Below, one piece after another: positions 11,594-25,300 of a stretch of 64,000 nt of DNA. Every line of letters starts with the position of its first letter. The first letter of the stretch is position 1. The position numbers and the translations under genes were made by a program. Source of the stretch: Vitrella brassicaformis CCMP3155. Its lineage: Eukaryota; Protista; Chromerida. The notes beneath the pieces were generated by a model, which had not been told where the DNA came from, ran no database searches, and saw only the letters and a program-made list of their open reading frames with translations. The stretch is from NCBI GenBank assembly GCA_001179505.1, contig CDMY01000296.1, positions 1 through 64,000 of the forward strand, written 5' to 3'.

Positions 11594-14441
11594 ATGTCGA
11601 TAAGGCCAGTGGCCGACTGCGTGAGGCAGGCCGCCCAGCGAGTAGCCAAGGGAGGAGCACGGCACCTCTCGAGCGCTGCTGCATCTGCATCGTCAACCCC
11701 TCAGCCCTCTCATGCCATTTCAAGTCCGCTGCCGGGGTTCTCCATGCCCGCGAGGCCATCCCAAGCGCCCGCTCCCCCTCCAGATACCTCATCTAGCATC
11801 CCTCTGCCCAGTATTCCCCCGTCAGCCGCATTATCCGCACCTTCCGTCACGTTATCGAAGGAGAGGTTGGATCAGCTGCTGGACTCGGAGATCACCCACT
11901 TCGCCTTCAAGAAGCAGGTATCGGTGTCGCTGCGGGACATCCTCGCCCTCAACACTCCGAGGGATACCGCGCGCTTCATCCACGAGGAGCTACCGGTGCG
12001 GTTTGCCGCGCGGCTGAAGCAGCTGGAGAGCCTGCAGGGCTATCAGGACATCCCGTTGTTGATGAGGGTGAAGAGCACATACAGCGAGAGCTTCAAGCAG
12101 CTGAGGATGTCCAACTGGGAAGACGAGAGGGAATTCACCAGGTGAGAGGAAAGGGAGCGACGGAGGGAGCTATGGGGAGGATGCTCATGTATATGCGCCT
12201 GTTGTCCATGCGTCATTCAGGGTGATTCAGTCGGTCAAGAAGCGTCACTCGCATGTGGTGCCACAGCTCGTTATGGGCATACGGCAGCTCAGGAACAGAG
12301 ACTCCACGTAGGCAGCCAGCCAGCCAGGAGTAACCACCCAACCATCAGTCCACCCACCGTCAGCTGTGTTTGTGTACTGCGTGTGTCAGGCTGACTGCTC
12401 CCTACGTGGACACGTTCCTCAACACGTTCTTCCTCTCTCGCATCGGCACCGAGATGCTGTCGAGCCACTACATTGCCGTCTGCAGGGGACACCGAGCCGG
12501 TATGGTATGCACGCTGCCTACCTGAACATCCAACTCTCCCAAACTCCCACACTCGTCCATCTGTGTGTCTATGGTGCAATTCAATTGGCAGGCATCATCG
12601 ACAAGTCGTGCGACCCGATTCCCATCATATGGAAGGCTGCGCAGGACGCCGAGATGCTGTGCAGGTCCCACTATGGCATCTGCCCGAGTGTCCGCATCTG
12701 GAACCAGGGCACGGCCATACAATTCACATACATATCGCAGGTAGGTAGGTACCCACCCCACCCACACACGCACCGCACCGCACCCTCTGTCTTCGCGCAC
12801 ACGTCATGACATGTCATGGTGTGTTGGGGGTGTCCCGTGTCAGTACCTCTATTACATCTTGTTTGAGCTCGCCAAAAATTCCATGCGTGCCGTTGTGGAG
12901 ACCGCCCTCAACGCCCGGCGGCGGGAGCGTGTGCTGGCGTCCCTGAAGGGCGAGGACCGAAACAGCGACAAGGCCTCCCTCGACATCGACTATGACGACA
13001 GCCTGGGCATGCCGCTCTCGGTGGCCTCTGGCGGTGGGCTGGAGGGGCAGGGCGGCTGGGGCGGATCTCTCGACGAGAAGGAGATGCACCTGCCGCCGGT
13101 ACAGGTCGTCGTCGCCGGAGATAACGAACAGGTGCGCCCCCAGGCTACACAAACCCAGGGCAGAGTACCTACCACACGTGTACCGTTTCGTTTTGTTGTG
13201 TGTGTCCCACCCACACACCAGGTAGCGATCAAGATCTCTGACGAGGGTGGAGGTATCGACCCAGCGGCGCAGGAGAAGATCTGGTCGTATCTCTACAGTA
13301 CGGCCACCCTCAACCCCAGCGACCCATGGGCGGCACTCACCGCAGGCCTCGAGGAGCCACCACCACCACGCACTCCGCCCAACGAACAAGGCAATGGCGG
13401 CGAGGGCAAGATGACTGCTGCGGAACGGCTCAGAGAGAGCCAGGCGGCCGCGTCTGAGCCAAAAGCCATTACGTAAGACAACAAGAACCAACACGCAGAT
13501 CGACCCATATCTGCTTGTGTCTGACATCATCCATCAGTAGTGGCGCCCTCCCCTTCACCCCGGCGCCATCAGGAGCTACAGCGGGTCCTGCCGGCGGGTC
13601 GCGGCCGCCATCACCGCTGGCTGGATTTGGCTGCGGTCTCCCTCTCTCGAGGCTCTACGCGCAGTACCTCGGGGGCTCCTTAAATGTGGTGTCGATGCCC
13701 AAGTGGGGGACGGATGCTTTCCTATTCCTCCATAGGATCGGAGAAGTGCAGGTACGCATACAGGGACGTGCGCCTGTCCATCCATCCATTCATCCATGTA
13801 TTCTCCTGCCTGCCTGCTTCGTTTTACAGGAGTCGATTCCTCCAACGTGGACTGCCCCCCAACACCTCATCCCGTCAACCTCAGCACAAGTCTTCCGCAC
13901 CAGCACACAGGAGCCTCAACCGCGCCCTCAGGAAGCCACACCCTCATCGCCTCCGCCACAGTCGCCAGCTGCCGCCCCCGCCCCCTCCCCCTCCCCTCCC
14001 CCATCTGCAAGCGGCCAGCAGGACAGCAGCAAAGACGCCACCAAGGCCAACGGCCACCCCCACCCCGAGCTGGTGCAGCAGGCGACGGCCTTCACGCTTA
14101 ATGGCGAGGTTCCCCCCACCACCGGAGAGGAGGAGGGCGGAGACGGGCTGCCGGTGGAGCAGCTGGAGGGGGTCGACTTGGACGTGCAGGTGGAGGATGG
14201 CGGCAAGTCTGTCAGGTGCACGGTGAGGGGGCCCGACAAAAGGGGCGTGGTGGCGACATTGACCCAAGTCTTTGCCAATGAGGGCTTCTCGATATCGGAC
14301 GCGAGCATTCGGACGGTTGAGGGCAAGATCTGCGACACATTCAAGCTGACGCCGCTGCCCATCCCGGTGCGGGGAGGCAAGGGGGACGCCACGAGCCTGA
14401 CGCGGCGCCTGAGGGAGCTGGTGGGCAGGAGGCAATCATGA
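11594..14441 (+). CDS. PDK: Mitochondrial pyruvate/branched-chain ketoacid dehydrogenase kinase family protein with C-terminal ACT domain
   Basis: Transit-peptide-like N-terminus. BCDHK-type domain (HEELPVRFAARLKQLE, FFLSRIGTEML). GHKL motifs FELAKNSMRA, IKISDEGGGI and LAGFGCGLPLSRLYAQYLGG. ACT-like GPDKRGVVATLTQVFANEGFSISDASIRT at ~14200-14360. Confidence 0.9.
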
Positions 14442-14639
14442 CGGAGGGGCAGGAGGGAGGTGGCATTTTTCGTCTGTTGGTATGGCCACATCTCTCTGGC
14501 CGCCTGGGGTCTGTGGTTTGGCACTGCGGTGGGTTGTGGTGTCCACACCTGTGCGTGACACATTTGGGCAATGACGGCGAGATCTTTTTCGTGTGTGGGG
14601 CTCGTCGATGTGTGCGGGCGGGCCTTCAGGACGAATGGA

Positions 14640-17600
14640 TCGTCTGGGTGCTGTGCTGTGCTGTGCTGTGTTGTCTTGTCCTGTCTTGTGCTGTGTTTGG
14701 GTTTGTGTATCATAATGAATGTTGAACAAGGGACGCTGGTGTGCATCACATCACACAGGCAGGGGCAGGGGATTCATGTGTTGGTCGGTCATCGTGTTGC
14801 TGCGGGATAGGATAGCCTCACTCAGCCTGTAGATATGTTTGAAAGGACGAGAGGTGCTGCTCGCTTCGCTTGTCCACTACGGATGGATTGGCATCTCCTG
14901 GTGTGCTGATTGGCGTTCGTGCGTGGCGGTCGTTCGCTTCCCAGTGGCAGCCCCATCAGTGATGCTTCCACTGAGATGGAAGCAAAGCTGATCGGATTGC
15001 TGCTGCGGAGCGCATGGTTGCCATGCAGACGAGTTAGCCTGAGATGGACACACACAAATTGATGGGGGCAATTTTTATCATGAACGAGTGACACGGGCTG
15101 TGTGTGTGTCGGTGTGCGATGTCACTGCTCTCTCTCCTCGTCCGGTCCCACTTTCTCACATTTCTCTCTCTCTCTGTGTCTCTGGCGCTCGTCTGTTACC
15201 TTCATGGTCACATACATACATGAGATGCCACTCGCTCTCATTACATTCATTAACCAATGGATGGCGACCCTTGCACACCCACACACGCATGAGCGACGGA
15301 CGGAGACTGCTGGTGACTGCCAGCTCTTCCTCTCAGCCCACCCAAGTTTTCCACACCTGCCTGTCGGTTAACGCTTGTTGGGTGTGGATCTTTCTGCCGC
15401 GTTGCCTCGTTGCCGTGTTGTGTTAAGATGTGTATGCGCGTGTGCCGCAGTGGCTGTGTGTCGTGTGTTGTGTGGCGACATTGACATGTGTGTGTGCGTG
15501 CTGGCATGCGATGCATGGCATGTATGGCTGTCTGTGTGTCGGTCATCGAGTTGGATTGGGTGGGTAAGGAGGATGACAGACAGATAAGCTACCTTTGTGA
15601 GTGTCCTTCCTCTCGTTCATCTCATCTGTCTGTCAATGCATCCCGCATCCATCTCGACCACTCCCACTCCACTCATCCAATCCAGGCCAGCCAGCCAGTC
15701 TCGACGAAACTCACGCAACTAAATCCATGCATGACATAAGCTTGCTTGAGGACCTTCAGACTCCATCTGCCTGCGTATACATTCCTGCACACATACACAC
15801 ACACACACATGCAGACAGACAGACAGACAAAGACGGGGCATCCATACCCTCCCTACGTGTGGCGCGAAGCACACCCACCCCAACCATGGGCACAGCCATG
15901 CACACGCTCTTGTCTGTCTGACTCACTGACTGTCTATCTGTCTGACTGTCTGAGTGTGTCCTGTCTGCCCCTGTGATTGACGCGCCCCTTATTGAGAAAA
16001 GGGTGGCGCCACCCGAGGGCAATCTATTCAGTTCGCTGTAGGATGGGCTTTGAACTACCCCAACAAAACAGGACGATGGGGTGGCTTCGATACACATCCA
16101 ATCAGTCCACACACACATAACACACACATATACCAACATACATTATCGGAAGACCAGTCCAGGCAGACAGAAAGACAGACACGAACGAGGCCTGGCTGGC
16201 TGGCTGGTCCGTCAGACTTCAACGAGGATGTGATATCTCCACAGGGCCTCGCGGGCCCGACAGAGGATTGACAGATAAACGATATCATCACTGGACCGGA
16301 GGGACCGACCCCCACACACTCACGCACGCACACACACCTGCCTGCCTGCCTGACCTCCTGGTGGTGTGTGTGTGAGTACCAGGCTGCGTTGATGTGTGTC
16401 GATAAAACAGACAGACAGAGGAGATGGCTCGGCTCTCGGCTCTCACGCACGGAGGGATTGACGCCCGTTGCCTGTCAGTCAGGTAAGACAGCACACACAG
16501 CGCACCAGAGGAGTACGCGCAGCTGTCAGTGCATCGTCACACATATGGGCAGAAGTAAGTGTGTGTGTGTGTGTGTGTCTCAGTCCGAGTCGTATGTTAG
16601 TTTGTGTGTCCATCACCGAACCGATCGATTCGATCAGTGGAAGGAGAAGTAACGGTCTCATCAACGACACACACACACCCTCTCTGCCTGCCCGTGGTCG
16701 CTTCGCACCCACCTCGTGTGCACACACACAGCAGCTGCCGTGGAGTGGATGGTATGGTCGACACACCTGCACACACGCACACACACACAGACAGCAAGGA
16801 TCCACAGGACACACACGAAGCCGTCAGGAGCCCATCTGTGCAGGTGTGTGGTGTGTTGTGGTATGTGGTGTGGTATCTATCTCAGTCTTAAAAAGCTCGT
16901 TTTGCGTCGTCAGGGGACGTCGGTGTAACATAAGTGAATGTGGAATCCATCACAGATACAGTACACCACCACCACCACACACTGCAGTGCAGTCAGTCAC
17001 TGCAGCGACTGCACCCACCCGGCTTGGCTTGCAATGTAGTCTCTTCGTCGCGCCCCAACCCATAGATAGATCTGACCCCCAGCCACCTCACCTGCACACA
17101 CACACACACACACACACAGATACCATGGCGCCATGGCTGTGTCACATCTGCACACGAATCAGTCAGGGCATGTAAGCAGCTGTCTGCCTGTCTGCCTGTC
17201 TTGTCTTTGTGTGCGCGGCCTCAGCAGGAAGGCAGCTTCGATGGATCGGTTCCACACTGACATCTCTCTCTCTTCAGGCGCCGCCCAGCCTGCTGGCTGG
17301 CGGCCCACCATCTTGATGCATCACGGGCCGGGGTGGGCCTCCCCCCCACCACACACACACGAGTGCGTGTCCTCACTCAACTCACCCTCCGGTATGTATG
17401 CAGACCAGACATATATGGCCTTTCACATCACACATCAGCCGGGGACGAAACCACGCTCAGACCTGACCGACGGACGCGACACACACAAAACAGAGGCACA
17501 ACCACATCAGACCAGCCCCTGTATGTGTCTGCCGAGTGTGTGTGGTGTCATGTGTCATGTTGTTGGCTGCGTAGCGTACGGTAGAAGACGACCTGCCCCT

Positions 17601-17760
17601 CAGGGTCGACGAATGCCAGCGACTTGCCGCTCGAACCGCCCTCGGCCAAACCTGTCCACCTGACAGACACGCACACACACACACAGGGGACGGGGAGGGA
17701 GGGAGGGACAAACACAGGCCATCCATCCATCCATTCTGAGTTTGTCTGATGCCGACCTGA
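14640..17760. repeat. Dense microsatellite region ((GT/CA)n, (GACA)n, (GGAT)n, (CTGTG)n); the same repeats fill most introns in the window
   Basis: Seen directly, for example 14651-14695, 15795-15830, 16560-16578, 17095-17118. Confidence 0.9.
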
Positions 17761-18115
17761 CTGACCTGTCGATCGAAAGGTGATCCGTGTTGGCCACAGG
17801 TATCAGCACCTCACTCGAACACGCCTGAAGGAATGGAATGGAATGGCAGCACACACCACACACACACACACTCTGACATCCGTCGCTGGTTTGCCCCTCC
17901 TCTCATTTCACCTGGAAGGTCTCCTCGTCGAATCTGATGGCCTTGACCACATAGGTGCCCGCCTCCTCCCACCACAGCACCTCCGGGCAGCTCCAGTGCG
18001 GCGAACTGCGCACGAAGGCCCACACCAGCAGCAGGGCGCCGTCCCCGAACGGCAGCAAGACAGATCCATGAACCCCGGCGGACGATGCCGGGGCTGCTGC
18101 GCCAGATGACGACAT
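16200..18115 (-). CDS. Uncharacterised multi-exon gene; only the first 3 exons are reliable, 3' end uncertain
   Basis: ATG at 18115. Exons 18115-17912, 17824-17766 and ~17660-17580 splice in frame (MSSSGAAAP...EETFQ|ACSSEV...SIDR|WTGLAEGGSSGKSLAFVDPEGQVVFY). Further exon-like islands lie among microsatellites. No family recognised. Confidence 0.45.
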
Positions 18116-18292
18116 TGCCGTTCGCCAGGACGCCTGCGAGATGAGCTCGCAGATGAGGCAGAGTTTTGTCGCGAGAAAGGCAGATCTGTTGGGCAACAGG
18201 CTCTGCAAGACACAGCAAGGCAGCGTCTGCAGCGAATTGCGGCGAATTGAGTCACACACGTGACTGCGCTGTTGAGTGACTCACAGCAATCA

Positions 18293-18619
18293 ATGGGCGT
18301 AAGCAATGACGGAGGCTCAACGCCGCACACACACGCACCGCCTCTGTGTGCATCCGCTGTGCGCTTCTCATACCTCTGCGCGTGTGTGTGTGTGTGTGTG
18401 TGCATCATCACTTACGGCGAATTGTGTGTGTCAGATTGACATCAACTGGTTGCGAGAGGACAAGGGCGGCAACCCCGATGAGGTGCGCGAGAGCGAGCGG
18501 AAGCGCTTCAGGGACCCTAAGGTCGTCGACGACATCATCGCCACAGACAACTCATGGCGGCAGGAGCTCTACCAGGTGACACACACAGACAGACAGACAG
18601 ACAGACAGACAGGGGCGCA

Positions 18620-18656
<37 letters not shown>

Positions 18657-21249
18657 GGAGTCGATGAAGAAGACGATGAACGACATTAACAAGGCGATTG
18701 GCAAGAAGAAAAAGGACAACAAAGACGACCCCTGCGAGGTGGGGTTGGCAGGGCAGGGCAGGCACTCAAGTCACAATCATCCGTGTGTCCGTGCGGTGGT
18801 GTTGTGTGCGATGCGATGCGATGCATCCCGTCAGGCCGAGATGGCGGAAGTGGCCACTGTCAAGGCCAACATCGCCGAACAGGAGAAAAAAGTCGACGTG
18901 GTCAGTGCAGTGCAGTGCAGGACGCAAGCACACACACACATGGATGGCTCTAATGATCTCTTTGGGCTGGCTATGTATGTTATGTAGATTGCCGGGCAGC
19001 GCGACAGCCTGCTGCACAAGATTGGCAACCTGGTGCACCCCTCGGTCCCCGTGTCAGACAACGAAGACAACAACCAGGTAGGTTGAGGCAGGTGCGCCCC
19101 GCACCAACCGCAGACACCACACCCATCCCTCCCTCCGTGTGTGTGTGTGTGTGAAGGTGGTGCGCAGGTGGGGTGTGCCCAGCCGAGTGGTGTTTGATGG
19201 CAAGACGCCCGGCAGGCTGTACCACCACCAAGTGCTCGCTAAGCTGTGCGGTGAGTGAGGTCGATTGCACACATGACTGACACAAACATGACAACAGAGA
19301 GCTGCGGTGATGGCTGGGCTGCATCTGTGTGTGTGAGTGTGTGTGTGTGTTGAGGTTACGAGCCGGAGCGAGGTGCTTTGTGTGCGGGTCACCGTGGGTA
19401 CTTCATGAGGGGTGCAGGCGTGATGCTCAACATGGCTCTCATCAACTACGGTACCCCCGCCACGTCATGCACACCCACACCCACACCACACACGACAACA
19501 CAAGCCTGCTGCTCCCTCGGCTCTGTGTGTGTCGTCCCATCCATTGCTTTGATTGCATTGCAATGATCTGATCAGGTGTGCAGTTTTTGATCAAGAAGGG
19601 CTACCTGCCGCTGTATCCGCCCTTCTTCATGAAGAAGGATGTCATGAACGAGACGGCTGAACTCAAAGACTTCGAAGAGACACTTTACAGGGTGGGGTGA
19701 GGTGGGTGGCGGCACCTTAATTTGATAAACACATCAACACATGTGCACCCTCCCATCCCTCTCTCTCTCTCTCTCTCTGTGGTTAGATCCCCGGCAAGCA
19801 GTCAGGCGAGAAGGAGAGCGACGGCACGCCCGACATGTTCCTCATCGCCACCTCCGAGCAGCCCATCAGCGCCTTCCACAGGGGCGACTGGCTGCGGCCT
19901 GACGAATGCCCAAAGAGGTACACACACACCACACCCCGCCCATCCTCATCCACCGCACCGACACACACCATACATACACCATACCTACCCCAGGTGCAGA
20001 TCCATCGATGTCCACGAGCCTCGTTGGTGTGTGTGTGTGTGCAGGTATGCAGGTGTGTCGACGTGCTTCCGGAAGGAGGCCGGCTCATCAGGTGGGGTGG
20101 GGGGTGGGTGGATGGGCAGAGAGACACTCATTGGGTGGGCAGGAGGATGGGGTGGGGTGTGTCTTGTCTGAGAGCTGCTGGTTTGTTGGTGTTGTGGTTG
20201 CCACCCACGCCTGCAGGCAAGGACATGTGGGGCATCTTCCGCGTGCATCAGTTCGAGAAAGTGGAGCAGTTCTGCATCACCTCACCCGTACGTATGAGCA
20301 CCATAAGCATCACCCACACACTTTTGTACTTGTGCGTGTCATGTGTGTCGTGTCGTGTCGTGTCGTGTGTGTAGGAGGAGTCGTGGGCGATGCACGAGGA
20401 GATGATCGGCATCGCAGAGGAGTTCTACCAGTCACTCGAACTCCCCTACCAGGTAAGGTACCCTACCCTACACACCCTGCACACCCTGCACACCACACAC
20501 ACATATCTGTCTGTGTCTGTGTGGTCAGGTGATCGCCATCGTGTCCGGTGCATTGAACGACGCCGCGGCCAAGAAGTACGACCTCGAGGCCTGGTTCCCT
20601 GGCTACGAGACCTACCGTGAGCTCGTCTCATGCTCAAACTGTACTGACTACCAGGTGAAGTGCCAGGTGCACACACAGACGGATCGGATCGACAGCAGAC
20701 ACCCACACAGAGGTGTGTGTGTTTGTGTGTGTGCAGGCGCGTCAGTTGGAGGTGCGTCACGGGCAGAAGAAGTCCGGCGAGAGGGAGAAGAAGTACTGTC
20801 ACATGCTCAACGCCACGTTGGTCGCCTCACAAAGGTGGGTAGGTGATGCCTAACTCATGCGCATAATGCCTCGACATCAATCAGTTGAATGTCGGTCCTT
20901 CGTTCGTTCGTTTGTTTGTCTGTCCATCATCCAGGACGATGTGCTGCATTTTGGAGAACTACCAGACACCGACGGGCGTCAGGGTGCCCAGAGTGCTGGT
21001 CAGTCAGTGAGTCAGTGGGGGAGGGAGCACGCCTCGCACGACGACATGCAGCACGCTGCGTGTGTGTGTTTGTCTCCCTCCCTCCCTCCCTCCCTCCCTC
21101 CGTCCGTCCGTCAGATACCGTATATGGGTGGGGAGGAGTTTCTGCCCTTCCCAGAGGAGGCGCCGGCCGCCGCAGGCAAGGACAAGGACAAGGACAAGGA
21201 GGGCAAGAAGGAGAGCATCAAGGACAAGCCCGAACAAAACGGCGGCTAG
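18293..21249 (+). CDS. SerRS: Seryl-tRNA synthetase, cytosolic eukaryotic type
   Basis: MG|IDINWLR N-terminal coiled coil, LIATSEQPI, class II motif 2 ([28 protein letters not shown]), [29 protein letters not shown]. About 14 exons with GT-AG junctions. Confidence 0.97.
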
Positions 21250-21568
21250 AGTCACCCACCTCATGACCTAATGACGGGGAATGGGTGGATGATGAGTGTG
21301 CGTGTCGTGCGACTGTGCATGTGAGTGACTGAATGAGTGGCCGAGTGATTGTCGGCATGGTGGACTGACTCATCTCATCCGTCCCTTCCACGTACCTTGA
21401 CCAGTCCGCGACACAAGCCAATGACACGGCCCAGTGCTACGATTTGTGTCGCGACTTTGAAGGAGGCGGGGCAGACAGGAACGAACCGAGCCACCAACTC
21501 CACATTACGTTACCCAGCCGGCAACAGCTGCCTGCCATCATTAAAGCGCATGGCATGCATCGCACCGG

Positions 21569-21602
<34 letters not shown>

Positions 21603-21820
21603 GTACACACACGATCTCTCCTCTCGTCAATCAGTGGGTGTGTATGTGTCTGTTGCCGCGCCCACCCCGCCCTTCATCGAGGTTCGCCTCGCCTCGCCAC
21701 ACAAACCGACAACACAGAACTGTGTAGCAGCTACCGATTAATAACGAGGCGGGCATCCAGCTGTACAAAGAAGTCCCTCATCCTCGCACGGCTCGTCGCT
21801 TTTGTCAGTCAGTCCATCAG

Positions 21821-22240
21821 TCATGCCTTCTTGAAGACCCGCGTTTCGTCCTTCGATATCGGCAGAATCACATACTCGGCATTCTCAAACGTCACTGCAT
21901 CGCATCGCATCACACGCAGATGCGTTAATTGCGCTCTCCTCTTTGCTGCCATGCATCGTGTGTCATCTCTCACCCCACCAGTGACTCTGTGAAGCGCTTC
22001 GGCCTTGTTGATCATCCTTCCCGTGTTCCGCACCACTTTGCCCACCGCCGCCGCCACGGCCTCGGCGTCGCCATCGAACTTGCCATCCCTCTGAAGGCAC
22101 GAGAGCGCACACATGATGACCGCTCTCACAGAGAGAGAGTCTTGTTTGCCGTCACTGTTAGCTGTCATGGTTACCCTCAGGATCTTTCCACTCGTCGTAT
22201 CGATGACCATGGCGGGCTGCGACGCACGGGACGAAGCCAT
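21821..22240 (-). CDS. Small roadblock-fold protein, LAMTOR4 (Ragulator subunit)-like
   Basis: Three exons splice to ~84 aa: MVIDTTSGKILR|RDGKFDGDAEAVAAAV...ALHRVT|VTFENAEYVILPISKDETRVFKKA. The pattern parallels LAMTOR4 as recalled. Start codon uncertain. Confidence 0.55.
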   Translation of the reverse strand: MASSRASQPAMVIDTTSGKILRVTMTANSDGKQDSLSVRAVIMCALSCLQRDGKFDGDAEAVAAAVGKVVRNTGRMINKAEALHRVTGGVRDDTRCMAAKRRAQLTHLRVMRCDAVTFENAEYVILPISKDETRVFKKA

Positions 22241-22354
22241 TTTGCTCTTCGCTCTCGCATGCAGATCTACGCAAGCTCGCGCGTCATCCCCGCCAAGATC
22301 TCTTCGCGCCGTGTGGCCCCCCTACTCTCGGCGTTGCAGCACAAAGCGACGCGG

Positions 22355-25300
22355 ATGGCGTTGGAGTCGTCTGATGGTACTCCACACTTTCCACGCACCT
22401 AGCACAGTGAGCACACAGATCTGTCGCGCGTGGCGTATGCGTTGTCTGTCAGTTTGGCGGATTCTGAACCACACTGGTGATGGTACCGACGATAGCAGGG
22501 AGGAGATCACGGCCACGTCAAGCCACCTTGGATGGTTTGACGACGCCCTCTGCAGCAGGCCCGGCCAGACCACACTCATCGCTGGCAACGAATCCTGCGG
22601 GAATCACGCAGGTCTATCTGGCGTGTATGTGTGTGTGGATGGATGGATGGATGTGTGTGTGTGCAGGTCACAGCGGCGAGGCGATGTTCAACTCACCATT
22701 TGGGTTCAGCTTTGCGCCGGACGGCAGTTTGGTAGTGGCGGACACTGACAACTCGTGCATCAAACAAATCACGCCAAACGGCAATGTGGTGGGCCGGGCC
22801 GGGCTGGCGTGGGCGTTGGGTTGGTGTGATGGGATGTGTGTGTCTGGCCTGGCAGGTGACGACTCTGGCGACCAGTGCTGAGGGTTTCAAGAGCCCCACG
22901 GGCATCGTGGTGTGCGAGAGGACGGGCAACGCCTACATAGCCGACTCGGGGGTGTTCGGCATCTTCAGACTCAACCATGACACGGGCGAAGGTAAGACAA
23001 GGCAAGGCGACACACTCTGTGCCTGCCTGCTGGCAGCAGAGCGGTTTGTGTGGATGGATGGATGGATGGTCCAGTTGACATGATAAGTGGCGACATGACG
23101 GCGGGTCACCAGGAGAGCGACGGCACCACCAACACCGTCGCACACTGGGACCTGCCATTCGGGCGTACAGACCACCTACACACACACACACACACACACA
23201 CATCCATCCATCCATGTGTGTGTGTGTGTGTCATCCATTCATCCATCAGTCGCGATGGACAGCAGCGGCGACCTGCTGGTGTGCGACCGCTCCCAGCACG
23301 TCATCCGGAAGGTGCAGCTGTCGAGCGGCCTGCCCCTCAACGACCCCGCCAACACCATCACCGTCCAGCAGAACCACAAGTTCAGGCAGCACATCACACC
23401 GTACTCACACAGTGGCAGTGGCGCAGATGTCAATATCAACCGCACTCAGACCGTCGACTCGGTATGTATGTCAGAAAATCTCTGTGCAGGCGGGCTTAAC
23501 CCATCCATCCACCCATTGGTCCATTCCGTGTTGGGGTTGGTGGGTCAGGAGGCTAATGTGGAGGTGGGGGGGAGCCGCGCCGATGTGCTGATCCAGCAGC
23601 CGACCACCAAGCTCATTGCCGGCGTCCCGGGCACACAGGGTATGTTATGTGTATACGCCACGCCCCATGCAGACCGAACCACACACAGACAGAGCAGCCA
23701 TCGTGTGTGTGTGTGTGTGTGTTGGTATGTGATGTGTAGGTTGTGAGGACGGTCCGTCGAGCGAGGCGCTGCTCGACACGCCCACCGCCATCGCTGTGGC
23801 ACCTGACGGCACCATATATGTCAGCGATATAGGTCAGTCCGCCAACACATTTGTGTGTCCGTGTGAGTGTGTGTGTTGTGTGCAGGGTCAGGCCGGTTGC
23901 GTCAGATATCGCGCGACTACTCGAGGGTGCTGACACTGCCGGGCCATTACAGGGGGGCCTTGGGGCTCGACGTAGACAAACATGGAAGGTAAGTACTCGC
24001 GCGCACACACACACGACCACGACCAGTTATGTGTTGGTGCAGGTTGTATGTCGCCAACACGGACGCCCGGCAGATCCTGCGCTACGACCCGCACAACGGC
24101 CAGGTGGTGGAGCTGCCCACCACCGGCCTCGTCCATCCCGTAGCACTGCGAGTAGACTCCACATCAGGTGGGTGGGTGCATCACACACCACACCACACCC
24201 CGGCTCGGACACCCATATCGCTGTGTGTGTGTGGTTGTGGTTGTGTTTGTTGTGTAGGGGTGCTGTTTGTGGCTGACCAGCACTCATTCAAGGCCGTCAA
24301 GGTGGTCAAGAGCCTCCCTCCCACACACAGCACACTCAACGACGACATGGCACAGCTACTCACACAGGAGGTCGTCGGAAAGGCCGGGGAGGCATATGGA
24401 TCTATCTGTGTGTCATACCTACGTGCGTCCGTCCAGAGCCCCGGCAACGCGGCCTACGCTGACGTGACATTTGACGTCCATGGCACCCAGCTGCGTGCCC
24501 ACTGCGCCATCCTCGCCTGCAGATGCGCAAAGATCATGCCACTCATCCAAAAGGGTAGCAATCACACACACACTACAATGGACCTATAGGTGTGCACCTT
24601 TGTGTGTGTGTGTGTGCGCGTGCGTGTGTGTGTGTGTGTCCATCGCCAGCGGCCGGTGGCCACACCAGCCAGATCTCCTCTGTTGGTGGTGGTGGTCATG
24701 GTGGCGTCATGGTGCCGATAGCCGACGAGGGTGTGACGCCCAAGGCGTTCGCGGCGTTTTTGTGTTTCCTCTACAGCGACAGGTGCATCGTAGACCAGGA
24801 CACCGTTGAGCCACTGCTCAAGGTACAGCTAGCTGGGCAGGTCAAGGCGAAGACACGCACACACACACAGAGGGAGAATGGGCCCATGATGGGTATGCAA
24901 TGCAGTTGTCTCACGAGTACGGGATGGATCGTCTGACGCGTTTGGTTGAGGAGTACGTCATGAAGCGCGTGGAGGTGGACAACGTTATCGCACACATGAG
25001 GTGCGCAGGGCAGGGCAGGGCAGTTCTACCGGTCAGGCAGGGCACCTGAGGTGCCAGGCCTGGTGTGGCGGGCACTGCACCACTGTGATCGTATCGTGAC
25101 ACACCGACAGGATGGCGCATGTCTATGGCGCCGAGCGCCTGAAGGCCGGCTGCATCAAGGTCCTCATCAGACACTTCAACCAGCTCCAGGCACGGCACGG
25201 CACACAGACACACACACAGGCAGCAGCTCAGCTCGACCCACTCGACACGACCTGTGTGCGTGTGTGTGTGTGTACGTCTGGTCTGCAGGCTGAGTTGGGC

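Noticed and set aside
16001-16014. Perfect 14-bp palindrome GGGTGGCGCCACCC
   Set aside because: A single GC-rich palindrome of this size is not surprising in 64 kb, and it has no supporting context.
17912-18115. HSF-type DNA-binding domain in the orphan gene
   Set aside because: Only superficial similarity (PF...W.E.G). The conserved SFVRQLN.YGF block is absent.
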